Positions 1-9,984 of a stretch of 64,000 nucleotides of DNA are shown here, in pieces. The stretch's first letter is position 1, and every line of letters begins with the position of its first letter. Origin of the DNA: Clostridia bacterium. Lineage in GTDB: Bacteria; Bacillota; Clostridia; Oscillospirales; CAG-272. A program made the position numbers and the translations under genes. Location: NCBI GenBank assembly GCA_017468385.1, contig JAFUIQ010000015.1, positions 15,726-79,725 of the forward strand, given 5' to 3'. A model generated the notes under the pieces. It was given only the letters and a program-made list of their open reading frames with translations. It had not been told where the DNA came from and did no database searches.

Positions 1-572
1 CACTCATAGGAAATATCAAAGGGCTTCGCGATATGGTAGTTCTTCTGCTTGGGAACGACAACGCCCTTGCCCTCAACAGTGCTGTTCCAGTAGGACTGCT
101 TGGCGTCCACAGCGGCACCGATATAGTTGCCGTCCACACCCCAGGTCACTTCGTCGAACAGATAGAATTCGAACTCGGGAAGGATGAGCATGGTGTCTGC
201 TACACCGCTGTCCTTCATGTGCTGGATAGCGGCACGAACGATGTTGCGGGGATACTGGGGCAGGGGACGATTCTCGGGAGTATCGATAATCATCGCGTTA
301 CCGGTCATGGACAGGGTGGGGATGGAGCAGAAGGGATCCACCACTGCCGTATCCGGATCGGGGATGAATACCATGTCGCTTTTTTCCACTACAGCATAAC
401 CGTAGTTGGACGCGTCAAATCCGATACCGCTCTTCAGAGTTTCCTCGGAAAAGTTTTCGGCGGGAATGGTAACATGACGGAACTGGCCGTTGATGTCCAC
501 CATTTTAAAATCGATCATTTTGATGTCCTTCTCTTTGATGAGAGAAAGAACTCTTTCTACACTGTTCTGCAT
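1..572 (-). CDS. glnA: glutamine synthetase, N-terminal ~190 codons (gene continues beyond the left window edge)
   Basis: Absent from the ORF track because it has no stop in the window. My translation of the minus strand from ATG 572-570 gives MQNSVERVLSLIKEKDIKMIDFKMVDINGQFRHVTIPAENF..GFDASNYGYAVVEKSDMVFIPDPDTAVVDPF..LILPEFEFYLFDE. That is the GS beta-grasp N-domain and the start of the catalytic domain. Track ORF 33..680(+) is its antisense shadow. Confidence 0.8.
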   Translation of the reverse strand, partial: MQNSVERVLSLIKEKDIKMIDFKMVDINGQFRHVTIPAENFSEETLKSGIGFDASNYGYAVVEKSDMVFIPDPDTAVVDPFCSIPTLSMTGNAMIIDTPENRPLPQYPRNIVRAAIQHMKDSGVADTMLILPEFEFYLFDEVTWGVDGNYIGAAVDAKQSYWNSTVEGKGVVVPKQKNYHIAKPFDISYE

Positions 573-705
573 AGCAACGTACCTCTTTTTAAAGATACGA
601 TTAGTATAGCAAATTTTTTCATTTCCGTCAATCGTTTGCAGGGGATATATGAAAAAAACATGGTGTTTTTTCGTGAATAGCACAGAAATTGTAAGATAAA
701 TTCCT

Positions 706-726
706 AAAATTGCCGCCTGTAGGCGG
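706..726 (-). terminator. weak intrinsic terminator after ldh
   Basis: Minus strand: CCGCC-taca-GGCGG followed by caatttta. The stem is only 5 bp. Confidence 0.4.
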
Positions 727-735
727 ATTACGATG

Positions 736-1695
736 CTATACGCTTATATGTGCCAAGGCCAGGGAATCAATAACCCGGCGCAGTGCTGCCGCGGATTCCA
801 TAAGATATTGGTTCTCTCTATTGCTCAGCGGAATGTCCAGCACGTGCTTCACGCCGCCTGCACCAACGATGGACGGGATGCTCATGCAGATATCACGCAG
901 GCCATACTCACCGTCCAGGTAGGTGGATACCGGAAGGATAGAATTCTCATCCCGCGTGATGGCATCGATAATACGGCGTGTCGCCTGCGCGATGGCGTAG
1001 TAAGTTGCGCCTTTGCCCTCGATGATTTTGTATGCGCTGTTTTTCACATCATCATACAATTCGTACAAATCCGTCATACGGCTGCAGTTGTGGCACAACG
1101 GGCAAAAATCGTCGATGTTGATCCCGGATACATTGGCCCCACTCCACACGGCCAGTTCGCTGTCGCCGTGTTCGCCGATGATGAAGGAGTGGACGTTCCG
1201 GTAATCCACGCCCAGCTTTTCACCTACGAGATATTTAAGACGGGCTGTGTCCAATACAGTCCCGGTGCCTATCACCCGAGATGCGGGGAACCCGGATGCC
1301 TTCAGGGCAACGTATGTCAAAACATCTACCGGATTGGACACGATCAGAAGAAGGCAATCTGTATTTACTGCGATAATCCGCCGCAGAATATCGGTGAAAA
1401 TATCCGCATTGCGATGCACCAGATCGATGCGCGTCTCCCCCGGCTTCTGGCCCACACCCGCCGCTATGATGATCATCTGTGCGTCGGCTAAATCCGCGTA
1501 ATCGCCTGCATAGATCTGCATGGGGGAGAGAAAGGGAAGACAGTGCCCCAGATCCATGGCCTCGCTTTCTGCTTTTCTTGTGTTTACATCTATGAGAACC
1601 ATTTCCGTACACAACCCGTGTACCATAAGGGTATATGCCGTTGTCATTCCTACGTTTCCGCATCCGATAATTCCGATTTTCTTGATGGAAGCCAC
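736..1695 (-). CDS. ldh: L-lactate dehydrogenase
   Basis: 319-aa track ORF. Rossmann motif GIIGCGNVG at the N-terminus, plus the IIGEHGDS and VLDTARL motifs typical of L-LDH. Confidence 0.9.
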   Translation of the reverse strand: MASIKKIGIIGCGNVGMTTAYTLMVHGLCTEMVLIDVNTRKAESEAMDLGHCLPFLSPMQIYAGDYADLADAQMIIIAAGVGQKPGETRIDLVHRNADIFTDILRRIIAVNTDCLLLIVSNPVDVLTYVALKASGFPASRVIGTGTVLDTARLKYLVGEKLGVDYRNVHSFIIGEHGDSELAVWSGANVSGINIDDFCPLCHNCSRMTDLYELYDDVKNSAYKIIEGKGATYYAIAQATRRIIDAITRDENSILPVSTYLDGEYGLRDICMSIPSIVGAGGVKHVLDIPLSNRENQYLMESAAALRRVIDSLALAHISV

Positions 1696-1750
1696 TTCGT
1701 TTACCTCGTTTTTTTATTACTATGTGTCGAGGCAAAGCGAAATATACATG

Positions 1751-1777
1751 AAAAAACCATCTCACATTCGGAGATGG
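1751..1777 (-). terminator. intrinsic terminator of the ylxM-ffh-rpsP-KH operon
   Basis: Stem ccatctc/gagatgg (7 bp) followed on the minus strand by TTTTTT. Lies 10 nt after the KH-gene stop. Confidence 0.7.
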
Positions 1778-1786
1778 TTTTCGGGA

Positions 1787-2053
1787 TTATTGAATATCCA
1801 CAGTGATCTTCTTGTCTGCGATTTTTGCCGCAGCTTTCATAACGGTACGAAGCGCACGGGCGATCTTTCCATGCTTACCAATGACCATACCCATGTCGCT
1901 TTCCGCGACAGTGAGCGTCAGAAGCAGCTCGTCTTCCTTTTCGGTTTGCGTTACGGAAACCTGATCGGGATGATCGACGATGGCACGCGCCATATCGGCA
2001 AGCACGAGACACAGATCCAAATCTTTACAAGGGATGCCGATATTTTCTTCCAT
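1787..2053 (-). CDS. KH-domain RNA-binding protein (UPF0109 / YlqC-like)
   Basis: About 88 aa with the KH GxxG motif VIGKHGKIARALRTV. The ATG at 2053 overlaps the rpsP stop (TGATG). The rpsP-KH linkage is conserved. Confidence 0.8.
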   Translation of the reverse strand: MEENIGIPCKDLDLCLVLADMARAIVDHPDQVSVTQTEKEDELLLTLTVAESDMGMVIGKHGKIARALRTVMKAAAKIADKKITVDIQ

Positions 2054-2298
2054 CACTGCTGGTTACCGTTCTTGGCGATGAGAGACTTAACAGTCTCAGT
2101 GGGCTGTGCGCCATTCTTCAGCCACTTCTGAACCTTCTCGTCGTCCAGCTTGATTTCTGCGGGGGTCTTCATGGGATCATAGTAGCCGATCTCCTCGATG
2201 AAACGGCCGTTACGGGGGTAACGGGAGTCAGCAACAACGATGCGGTAGAACGGGGTCTTCTTTGCACCGATTCTCTTAAGTCTGATTTTAACTGCCAT
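2053..2298 (-). CDS. rpsP: 30S ribosomal protein S16
   Basis: 81 aa starting [42 protein letters not shown], a canonical S16 sequence. Confidence 0.95.
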   Translation of the reverse strand: MAVKIRLKRIGAKKTPFYRIVVADSRYPRNGRFIEEIGYYDPMKTPAEIKLDDEKVQKWLKNGAQPTETVKSLIAKNGNQQ

Positions 2299-2346
2299 GG
2301 TAGGGATTCCTCCAAAAAATATAATTATTTGTTATATAAAAATCCG

Positions 2347-3684
2347 TCAAAAACTGAACGGCATTTTCATCCTGCGTCTTTTGCCTTTTCCCGTCATTCC
2401 GCCGAGTTGTTTGAACATTTTGTTCATCTGCTCGAACTGACGGAGAAGTTTGTTTACTTCCTCCACGGAAGTGCCGCTGCCCGCTGCAATGCGCTTTTTA
2501 CGGGAAGCGTTGATGATATCGGGTTTCTGGCGTTCCTTCTGAGTCATAGCCAGGATGATGGCCTCGGTGCGGCCCAGGGCGCGCTCATCGATTTTGGCAT
2601 CTTTCAGCGCGTCGGCCTTCATTCCGGGGATCATGCCCATCAGCTGCTCGATGGATCCCATCTCCTTGACCTGACGGAACTGATCCAGAAAATCGTTCAG
2701 ATCGAAGGAAGATTCGCGAAGCTTGCGCTCCATTTCCACCGCTTTTTTCTCATCGAATGCCTGCTGTGCCTTTTCAATCAACGAAAGTACATCGCCCATG
2801 CCCAGAATACGGGAGGCCATACGATCGGGATAGAAGGGCTCAATGGCATCCAGCTTCTCGCCGGTGCCCACAAACTTGATCGGCTTGCCGGTCACGTGGC
2901 GCACGGACAGGGCAGCACCGCCTCGGGTATCGCCATCCATCTTCGTCAGCACCACGCCGGTGATATCCAGCAGATTGTTGAAGGATTCGGCTACATTTAC
3001 CGCATCCTGACCGAGCATGGCATCTACCACCAGAAGAATTTCCGTGGGGGACACGGTATCTTTGATGTTGGTCAGCTCCGTCATCAGCACTTCATCAACA
3101 TGCAGACGTCCTGCTGTATCCAGGAACACCATATCGTTGCCGTGCTTGATGGCGTGAGCCACAGCAGCATTGGCAATGTCCACCGGTGAAACAGAATCGC
3201 CCATGGAGAACACGGGGATGTCCAGCTGCGCACCGACGACTTCCAGCTGCTTGATAGCTGCAGGACGGTATACGTCGCAGGCAACCAGCAGAGGACGTTT
3301 GCCTTGTTTTTTATACATTCCCGCCAATTTGGCGCTGTGCGTGGTTTTACCGGCACCCTGCAAGCCAACCATCATGACAACGGTGGGCGGCTTGGGGGAG
3401 ATGGTCAGTTTCGATTGAGAACCGCCCATCAGATTGACCAGTTCGTCGTTGACGATCTTTACGATCTGCTGTGCGGGGACCAGGCTTTCCAGAACTTCCG
3501 CTCCGACCGCACGCTCAGAAACGGTTTTGACAAATTCGCGAACAACTTTGAAGTTGACATCGGCCTCAAGCAGGGCAAGTTTGATCTCACGCATGCCCCC
3601 CTTGACATCGCTCTCCGTCAGCTTTCCTTTGTTCTTGAACTTTTTGAAAGCGTTGGCAAGTTTATCGGATAAGCTGTCAAACAT
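2347..3684 (-). CDS. ffh: signal recognition particle protein Ffh
   Basis: 445 aa. G-domain P-loop GLQGAGKTT and DTAGR motif, plus a Met-rich M-domain (LMGMIPGM). Sits in the ylxM-ffh-rpsP context. Confidence 0.95.
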   Translation of the reverse strand: MFDSLSDKLANAFKKFKNKGKLTESDVKGGMREIKLALLEADVNFKVVREFVKTVSERAVGAEVLESLVPAQQIVKIVNDELVNLMGGSQSKLTISPKPPTVVMMVGLQGAGKTTHSAKLAGMYKKQGKRPLLVACDVYRPAAIKQLEVVGAQLDIPVFSMGDSVSPVDIANAAVAHAIKHGNDMVFLDTAGRLHVDEVLMTELTNIKDTVSPTEILLVVDAMLGQDAVNVAESFNNLLDITGVVLTKMDGDTRGGAALSVRHVTGKPIKFVGTGEKLDAIEPFYPDRMASRILGMGDVLSLIEKAQQAFDEKKAVEMERKLRESSFDLNDFLDQFRQVKEMGSIEQLMGMIPGMKADALKDAKIDERALGRTEAIILAMTQKERQKPDIINASRKKRIAAGSGTSVEEVNKLLRQFEQMNKMFKQLGGMTGKGKRRRMKMPFSF

Positions 3685-3702
3685 GGTTTACTCCGTTCCG
3701 TT

Positions 3703-4056
3703 TCAAACAGAAACGTTTTTCAGTGACTCGGCAATCTCCAGAATGGATTGCCTGGCGGCAGTGTCGGACGCAGATGCAGCGGCCGCTTCCAATTTTTCGC
3801 TGTAGGTGACACATTTTTTCTGGAGATCATCCAAACGCTCCGCCAAATGCAGTTTGGACTCAAACATACGAAGATCCGCTTCGCTCTTTTTGATGGATTC
3901 TCTGACGCCCTGACGGGTGATGCCGGTGTTTTCTGCGATCTCGGCCAGGGAAAGATCTTCGCAGTAGTACATCTCAATGATCTCACGGCGATGCTCGCTC
4001 AGAAGTTCACCGTAGTGATCCAGAAGAAGCGTCAGCCGCATGTCTTTTTCAAACAT
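3703..4056 (-). CDS. ylxM: YlxM-type putative DNA-binding protein (UPF0122) preceding ffh
   Basis: 117 aa with a sigma-70 region-4-like HTH (LSLAEIAENTGITRQGVRESIKK). Lies immediately upstream of ffh. AGAGG RBS. Confidence 0.85.
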   Translation of the reverse strand: MFEKDMRLTLLLDHYGELLSEHRREIIEMYYCEDLSLAEIAENTGITRQGVRESIKKSEADLRMFESKLHLAERLDDLQKKCVTYSEKLEAAAASASDTAARQSILEIAESLKNVSV

Positions 4057-4094
4057 TCTGTGCCTCTATATGTGTAAAGCAAAATACTTTACAC

Positions 4095-4123
4095 ATTATA
4101 GCATCAAACATCCCGCCTGTCAA
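4095..4123 (-). promoter_or_regulatory. sigma-A type promoter of ylxM-ffh: TTGACA-17-TATAAT
   Basis: Minus strand: TTGACA (4123-4118), a 17-nt spacer, then TATAAT (4100-4095). About 40 nt upstream of the ylxM ATG. Confidence 0.7.
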
Positions 4124-4137
4124 TAGGTATTTTTGAT

Positions 4138-4623
4138 TTATTTTGATCTTTTTTGCTTTTTTCTTTCGGTAATTTTGCAAACGAGAAAAACCAAACCAAC
4201 ACCCAGCGCCGCACCGGCCCAATCGATCAGAATGTCCCGGATTTCACAGCTCCTGCCGGGGACGAAATACTGATGAATTTCATCCGTTACCGCATACAGC
4301 CATGCGATACCCAGAGAAAGAAGAGCCGCCAATCTGCCGCGGAAATATGCACTCACCGGAAGAACGCACAGTGATCCGAGAAGTGCATAGATAGTGAAAT
4401 GCGCGCATTTTCTCACAAAAAACTGCCACTGCTCGACAACCGCGTTCTGCACAGCGGTTGTCATTTGATCGAATCCGGGAGACAGCATCTCCGCGATTGT
4501 TTTGATCAGACCGCCGCTGACCTCCGATGACTCCGCGGCGGTGTGCGCCGAGAGTGAAAAAATCAATATCATACAAAGAACTGACGGAAGGCAGCGCAGC
4601 AGAAAACGGATAGATTTATTCAT
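4138..4623 (-). CDS. VanZ family membrane protein
   Basis: Track ORF 4138..4686, trimmed to the ATG at 4623 (MNKSIRF..) because an AGGAG sits 6 nt upstream. VanZ-like motifs KCAHFTIYALLG and TDEIHQYFVPGRS. Confidence 0.7.
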   Translation of the reverse strand: MNKSIRFLLRCLPSVLCMILIFSLSAHTAAESSEVSGGLIKTIAEMLSPGFDQMTTAVQNAVVEQWQFFVRKCAHFTIYALLGSLCVLPVSAYFRGRLAALLSLGIAWLYAVTDEIHQYFVPGRSCEIRDILIDWAGAALGVGLVFLVCKITERKKQKRSK

Positions 4624-4697
4624 AGTCGCTCCTGTATACGGATAGATATGCGGGGTAAGCAGAGAAGAAACGGGAGGCGCGAACACCTCCCGTTATT

Positions 4698-5837
4698 TTA
4701 TGCGTTTTCTCGCTCGAAATAATACTTTTGATTGTGCGTTACAATGCTCTGAATGACTCCTATATAGATGAAGGAAGCCAGCATGGAGGAACCGCCGTAG
4801 CTGAGGAAGGGAAGTGTAATTCCCACCACCGGCAGCATACCCAGGCACATGCCGATGTTCTCCAGAGATTGAACCAACATGATAGCCGCCACACCCATGC
4901 AGATGTTGGCACCGCAATCCTTTCGTGCGTGCCGAGCAATCCAGATGAGCCGGAAGATCAGCGTTCCCATCAGAGCCATATAGAAGAAGGTGCCGATGAA
5001 ACCGAATTTTTCCGCCACAACGGCAAATAGGAAATCCGATTTGTACTCCGGAACCAGCTTGAAATAACTTCCGCCTGAAAAACCGGCTCCGAAAAATCCG
5101 CCGGCGGCGATGGCGTCCCGGCTCCGGAGAGCCTGATATCCGTATTTGATCGGATCCAATTCCGGATTGAAGCCAACCAGAATCCGCTGCTGCTGATACT
5201 CGCTGAGTTTTGGCCACAGGTAGGGGAACAACACGATAACAACGGCCAGCGCCGCGGCAAAATACCAAAGAGACAGACCGCCCGTGTACAGCATGATGGC
5301 CATGATGGCCAGATATACCAGCGCCGATCCCAAGTCACCCGTCAGCAGAACCAATCCGGTGATCAGCCCGCCATGGATACACAGCGACAGCACGACCAAG
5401 GGATGATTGATTTTCTTTTTGACAATATCGATGTGCTTGGCGAAGGTCATAATAAAGACAATCTTCACGAACTCCGCGGGCTGTATATCGAAGGGAAGTC
5501 CCGGGATGGAGAGCCAGCACTTGTTGGTACTGGTCTCATCGGGGCCCACACCGAAAATTACGGTAAGGATCATAAGACCTACGCCAATGCCGAGCAAGGG
5601 CAAGGTGAAATGGTTCAGCAGTTCATCATAGTCAAACAGGGAGATAATATAGGCCATGACCAGTCCCACAAGGGATGCGGCGATCTGGATTACCACACGC
5701 CGCGGACCGGCCGCACTGGCATTGGCGGCTCCGGCAAGAGTAAGTATGCTCAAAGAGGTCATTCCGAACACGGAAAAGAAGACAACATAGTCAATCCGCC
5801 GGAGTTTTTCTTTCAGAGATACCGAAAACTCTTTCAT
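4698..5837 (-). CDS. FtsW/RodA/SpoVE (SEDS) family peptidoglycan polymerase
   Basis: 379 aa and polytopic. The C-terminal motif LPVVGITLPFLSYGGSSMLA is typical of SEDS proteins. Confidence 0.85.
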   Translation of the reverse strand: MKEFSVSLKEKLRRIDYVVFFSVFGMTSLSILTLAGAANASAAGPRRVVIQIAASLVGLVMAYIISLFDYDELLNHFTLPLLGIGVGLMILTVIFGVGPDETSTNKCWLSIPGLPFDIQPAEFVKIVFIMTFAKHIDIVKKKINHPLVVLSLCIHGGLITGLVLLTGDLGSALVYLAIMAIMLYTGGLSLWYFAAALAVVIVLFPYLWPKLSEYQQQRILVGFNPELDPIKYGYQALRSRDAIAAGGFFGAGFSGGSYFKLVPEYKSDFLFAVVAEKFGFIGTFFYMALMGTLIFRLIWIARHARKDCGANICMGVAAIMLVQSLENIGMCLGMLPVVGITLPFLSYGGSSMLASFIYIGVIQSIVTHNQKYYFERENA

Positions 5838-5848
5838 AGATCAGTGGA

Positions 5849-7288
5849 TCAATACGCCTTGCCCCAGTAGACAAGTTTCTTGGCGGGACGACCGCAGCAA
5901 ACGCATTTGTCGGATACAGTTTCCTGATCCATAGGGATGCAGCGGGAACCGACGCCGGTGAGTTCTTTCACTTTATCCTCACACTCGGGATCGCCGCACC
6001 ACATGGCGCGAACAAATCCGTCGCCGTTTTCAGCCAGCTTTGCCGTGATTTCCTCGATGGTCTCACAGGTGTATGTGCGGCTCTCGCGATTGGCAAGTGC
6101 CTTCGCGTACATACCGTCGTGTACTGCCTGCAGTCTTTCGGCAACAGCGGCCTCCAGATCCTCCAGCTTCACGATGGTCTTTTCGCGGTTGTGACGGGTT
6201 ACCAGAACGCACTGTCCGGCTTCCAGATCGCGGGGACCGATCTCAACGCGGAGCGGAATGCCCTTCATCTCATACTCGGCATACTTCCATCCGGGGGAGT
6301 TGTCGCTGTTGTCCAGCTTGGTGCGGAAATTACCGCACAGACGGTTGTAGATGGATTCAGCGGCTTCGGTCACACCTTCCTTGTGGGCGGCGACAGGGAT
6401 GATCACGACCTGAATCGGAGCAATGGACGGCGGGATAACCAGACCGTTGTCGTCGCCATGGGTCATAATGATACCGCCGATCATACGGGTGGTGCATCCC
6501 CAGGAAGTCTGGAAGGGATAGACCAGTTTGTTTTCCTTATCAGCGTAGGTGATGTCGAATGCGCGGGCAAAACCGTCACCGAAGAAGTGAGAGGTAGCCG
6601 CCTGCAGAGCCTTACCGTCGTGCATCAGCGCCTCGATGGCGTAGGTGTCCTCCGCACCGGCGAACTTGTCGCTGGGGGTCTTGGCACCCTTGATGACAGG
6701 AATGGCCAGATCCTTCTCGTGGAAATCCGCGTACACATTCAGCATCTGGATGGTCTCATTGCGTGCTTCCTCGGCGGTTGCGTGCATGGTGTGACCTTCC
6801 TGCCAAAGGAACTCGCGGCTGCGAAGGAAGGGGCGGGTAGTCTTCTCCCAACGGACAACAGAGCACCACTGGTTATACAGCTTCGGCAGATCGCGGTAGG
6901 AACGGATGATGTTGGCAAAGTGCTCGCAGAACAAGGTCTCGGATGTGGGACGAACACACATACGCTCCGTCAGCTTCTCGCTGCCGCCGTGGGTAACCCA
7001 TGCTACCTCCGGTGCAAAACCTGCCACGTGATCCTTTTCCTTCTGCAGAAGGGATTCAGGGATGAACATAGGCATATACACGTTCTCATGACCCAGTTCC
7101 TTGAAGCGTGTGTCCAGAGTCTTCTGGATGTTTTCCCAGATCGCATAGCCGTAGGGGCGGATGATCATGCAGCCCTTTACGCTGGAGTAATCGATCAGAT
7201 CTGCTTTTTTGCAGATGTCCGTATACCACTGAGCAAAATCCACATCCATGGATGTGATCTGCTCCACCATTTTCTTGTCGTTCTTCAT
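5849..7288 (-). CDS. proS: proline--tRNA ligase (archaeal/eukaryote-like form)
   Basis: Track ORF 5849..7348 starts at a TTG. I prefer the ATG at 7288 ([22 protein letters not shown]..) with GGAGAG upstream. Class II core, and a C-terminal Cys cluster ending ..WGKAY as in this ProRS type. Confidence 0.9.
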   Translation of the reverse strand: MKNDKKMVEQITSMDVDFAQWYTDICKKADLIDYSSVKGCMIIRPYGYAIWENIQKTLDTRFKELGHENVYMPMFIPESLLQKEKDHVAGFAPEVAWVTHGGSEKLTERMCVRPTSETLFCEHFANIIRSYRDLPKLYNQWCSVVRWEKTTRPFLRSREFLWQEGHTMHATAEEARNETIQMLNVYADFHEKDLAIPVIKGAKTPSDKFAGAEDTYAIEALMHDGKALQAATSHFFGDGFARAFDITYADKENKLVYPFQTSWGCTTRMIGGIIMTHGDDNGLVIPPSIAPIQVVIIPVAAHKEGVTEAAESIYNRLCGNFRTKLDNSDNSPGWKYAEYEMKGIPLRVEIGPRDLEAGQCVLVTRHNREKTIVKLEDLEAAVAERLQAVHDGMYAKALANRESRTYTCETIEEITAKLAENGDGFVRAMWCGDPECEDKVKELTGVGSRCIPMDQETVSDKCVCCGRPAKKLVYWGKAY

Positions 7289-7376
7289 AATACTCTCCGT
7301 GGAAAATAAATTATAGAATATTGTACCGCAAATATGCTGAAAAGTCAAACGTTTTTCGGCATTTTATGCATTATTG

Positions 7377-9800
7377 TTACGCTTTTTTCAGACGGGCGTA
7401 GGTTGCCATCAGTTTTTTGGTGCCAACCTTGTCGAAAGCAATCTCGTACAGGACGTCGCCGCCCATGTTTTTGGTGGACAGAATCACACCCTCACCGAAG
7501 GTAGTGTGACGGACCCGATCTCCCGCCGTGAAGGTCGGCAGAACAGATTTAGCCGCCGGCGCCACAGGGGATGTGGTGCGGGATACCGCAGGAGATGGCG
7601 TTCTGCAAAAGGAGCGGGCAGGGGAATAGGGGGACGTGCCAGGCTTGGCGACCGGGATCCGGTTCTGCATTGGAACAGCGGAGTATGTATCGATTTCCTC
7701 CACCAGTTCCGGCGGGATTTCTTCCGCAAAGCGGGACAGTTGATTGTATTGGGTGGATCCGTTCAGCATCCGGTTGTGTACATGGGTGATGTACAGTTTC
7801 TTTTTCGCGCGAGTGATGGCCACATAGGCCAGACGGCGTTCTTCCTCGATTTCATCGGGATTCATAATAGACTGGCGTCCCGGGAACAATCCTTCCTCCA
7901 TGCCGGGAAGGAACACGACAGGGAACTCCAGACCTTTCGCGCTGTGAATCGTCATCAGCACCACCGCGTCTGCTGCTTCGTCATACTTGTCTACGTCGGA
8001 AACCAATGCCACATCCTCCAGAAATTCCGAGAGGGAAGGCTCGTCCGTGGTCTGCTCATATTGTGCGGCGGAGGAGATCAGCTCGCCGATGTTATCGATG
8101 CGATCGGCTTCTTCGGCGCCGGCGGCCTCCAGCATCTTCCCGTATCCGGTGATCTCCACAACGGACCGGATCAACTCGGAAACCTTCTTCTGCGATGCCT
8201 GTTCCCGCAGATCGTCGATCAATCCGGCGAAGGATTCCATGCTCTTGGCGGCTGCCTGGGGAATCGCTTTGTATGATGTCGCATGGTGAATGAATTCCAG
8301 CATGGAATAGCCGCTGGCTATGGCCATGGCTTCCGCCGTCAGAATGGATTTGTCGCCAATGCCGCGTTTCGGCACGTTGATAATCCGTTTTAGGCGAATG
8401 TCGTCCAGCGGGTTATTAATCACGCACAGATAGGCGAGAATATCGCGGATTTCCGCACGATCATAGAACCGCAAACCACCCAGCATGCGGTAGGGAATTC
8501 CGCTTTTGGCAAGTGCCTGTTCAATGTTGCGGGATTGAGCATTGGTGCGGTACAGCACGGCAAAATCCCGATAGGCATACTTCATTTTGCGCATATCCGT
8601 GTGGATCTGCTCGCAGAGATACCGCGCCTCATCGTTCTGGTTACCCAGCTTTCGCAAGGTGATCCGATCACCTGCGTCACCCGCCGTCCAGAGTTTTTTG
8701 TCGTGACGGGTGTTGTTTCTGCCGATCACTCCGTTTGCCGCGTCCAGAATATTTTTTGTGGAGCGGTAGTTTTGTTCCAGTTTAACCACGCGGGCATCTT
8801 TGTAGGTGTGCTCGAAATTCAGGATATTCTCAATCGTAGCGCCGCGGAATTTGTAAATGCTCTGGTCATCGTCGCCCACGACCATGATGTTGTTGTATCC
8901 GCCGGAGAGAAGGATCGTCAGCTGCAGCTGTGCTTTGTTTGTGTCCTGGTACTCATCCACGCATACATAGCGGAACTTGTTCTGCACGTAATCCCGGGCT
9001 TCTGCGTTATCCTCCAGCAGGCGCACGGTCTGCATGATGATATCATCAAAGTCCATCAGGTTGGTGGATTTCAGCCGCTCCTGATACAGGGCGTAGATTT
9101 TAGCAACCTGCTTCAGTTTGAAATCCACACCGGCTTCTGCGGCAAAATCATTCGGTGTAAGAAGCCGATCCTTGGCGCGGCTGATCAGATTCATGACGCT
9201 CTTGATCGGCAGTTGCCGATCATCGATGTTCAGCTGCTTCATGCAGGCAGAAATCAGCTTCTTGGAATCGTCCGTGTCACAAATGCCGAAGCCGTCGCTG
9301 TATCCCAATTCACCGCTCCAGCGGCGCAGAAGGCGCAGGCAAACGGAGTGGAACGTACCCGCCCAGATGTCCGACGCCTCCGAACTTTCCTCACCGAAAG
9401 CCGATGCCAGACGACTCTTGATTTCCCGTGCGGCTTTGTTGGTAAACGTAATTGCCAGAACGGACCACGCCTTCGGCGGATTTATGGCAAAACGGGTAAG
9501 AAACTCACCCAATTCCTCACGGGGAAGATCCTTGGCGCGGCGCATTTCCGCAAGAGTGGATTCGTCTATTGCGTAGGGGATCGCCTCGGACTGCACAGCA
9601 TCGCCGTAGCGGATCAGATGCACGATTCGATTGACCAGAACCGTGGTTTTGCCGCTGCCGGCACCGGCCAGAATCAGAAGGGGGCCCCTGATTGTATACA
9701 CAGCTTGCCGCTGCATATCGTTGAGAAAACCATAATATTGATCAAATAACTCTTTTTTCAGTCGAAGGTATTCCGCGCGGAGAATGGATGTATCTGTCAT
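7377..9800 (-). CDS. pcrA: ATP-dependent DNA helicase PcrA (UvrD family)
   Basis: 807 aa. Walker A GAGSGKTT and motif II VDEYQDTN. C-terminal Tudor-like tail GDRVRHTTFGEGVI. Confidence 0.9.
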   Translation of the reverse strand: MTDTSILRAEYLRLKKELFDQYYGFLNDMQRQAVYTIRGPLLILAGAGSGKTTVLVNRIVHLIRYGDAVQSEAIPYAIDESTLAEMRRAKDLPREELGEFLTRFAINPPKAWSVLAITFTNKAAREIKSRLASAFGEESSEASDIWAGTFHSVCLRLLRRWSGELGYSDGFGICDTDDSKKLISACMKQLNIDDRQLPIKSVMNLISRAKDRLLTPNDFAAEAGVDFKLKQVAKIYALYQERLKSTNLMDFDDIIMQTVRLLEDNAEARDYVQNKFRYVCVDEYQDTNKAQLQLTILLSGGYNNIMVVGDDDQSIYKFRGATIENILNFEHTYKDARVVKLEQNYRSTKNILDAANGVIGRNNTRHDKKLWTAGDAGDRITLRKLGNQNDEARYLCEQIHTDMRKMKYAYRDFAVLYRTNAQSRNIEQALAKSGIPYRMLGGLRFYDRAEIRDILAYLCVINNPLDDIRLKRIINVPKRGIGDKSILTAEAMAIASGYSMLEFIHHATSYKAIPQAAAKSMESFAGLIDDLREQASQKKVSELIRSVVEITGYGKMLEAAGAEEADRIDNIGELISSAAQYEQTTDEPSLSEFLEDVALVSDVDKYDEAADAVVLMTIHSAKGLEFPVVFLPGMEEGLFPGRQSIMNPDEIEEERRLAYVAITRAKKKLYITHVHNRMLNGSTQYNQLSRFAEEIPPELVEEIDTYSAVPMQNRIPVAKPGTSPYSPARSFCRTPSPAVSRTTSPVAPAAKSVLPTFTAGDRVRHTTFGEGVILSTKNMGGDVLYEIAFDKVGTKKLMATYARLKKA

Positions 9801-9915
9801 TGTATATCACCGTACCATTTGATTTGTTCAATATAACAGTATAACACACATCCGGTGAAAAAACAAGAAGTGACGGAAGATACGGAAAAATTAAACAGCA
9901 AACCAAATATCACAC

Positions 9916-9944
9916 TTGACCGAAGGAGTTAAATACTGTATAAT
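9916..9944 (+). promoter_or_regulatory. sigma-A type promoter of the DUF512-der-plsY operon: TTGACC-17-TATAAT
   Basis: TTGACC 9916-9921 and TATAAT 9939-9944. An AGGAG RBS precedes the ATG at 9985. Confidence 0.65.
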
Positions 9945-9984
9945 AAAATATGTATGCAGTAAAATATCCCCATAGGAGCAAAGA

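Noticed and set aside
33-680. 215-aa plus-strand ORF (and nested 184..399) at the left edge
   Set aside because: It is the antisense shadow of glnA. The minus strand translates into an unmistakable glutamine synthetase N-terminus starting at 572. The plus-strand product has no recognisable motifs.
573-705. GlnR/TnrA box or riboswitch in the glnA leader
   Set aside because: I found no TGTNA-N7-TNACA palindrome and no convincing conserved structure, only AT-rich sequence.
7289-7376. T-box leader upstream of proS
   Set aside because: Only 88 nt separate proS from the pcrA stop. That is too short for a T-box, and no T-box consensus (AGAGA..GGTGG.ACCGCG) was seen.
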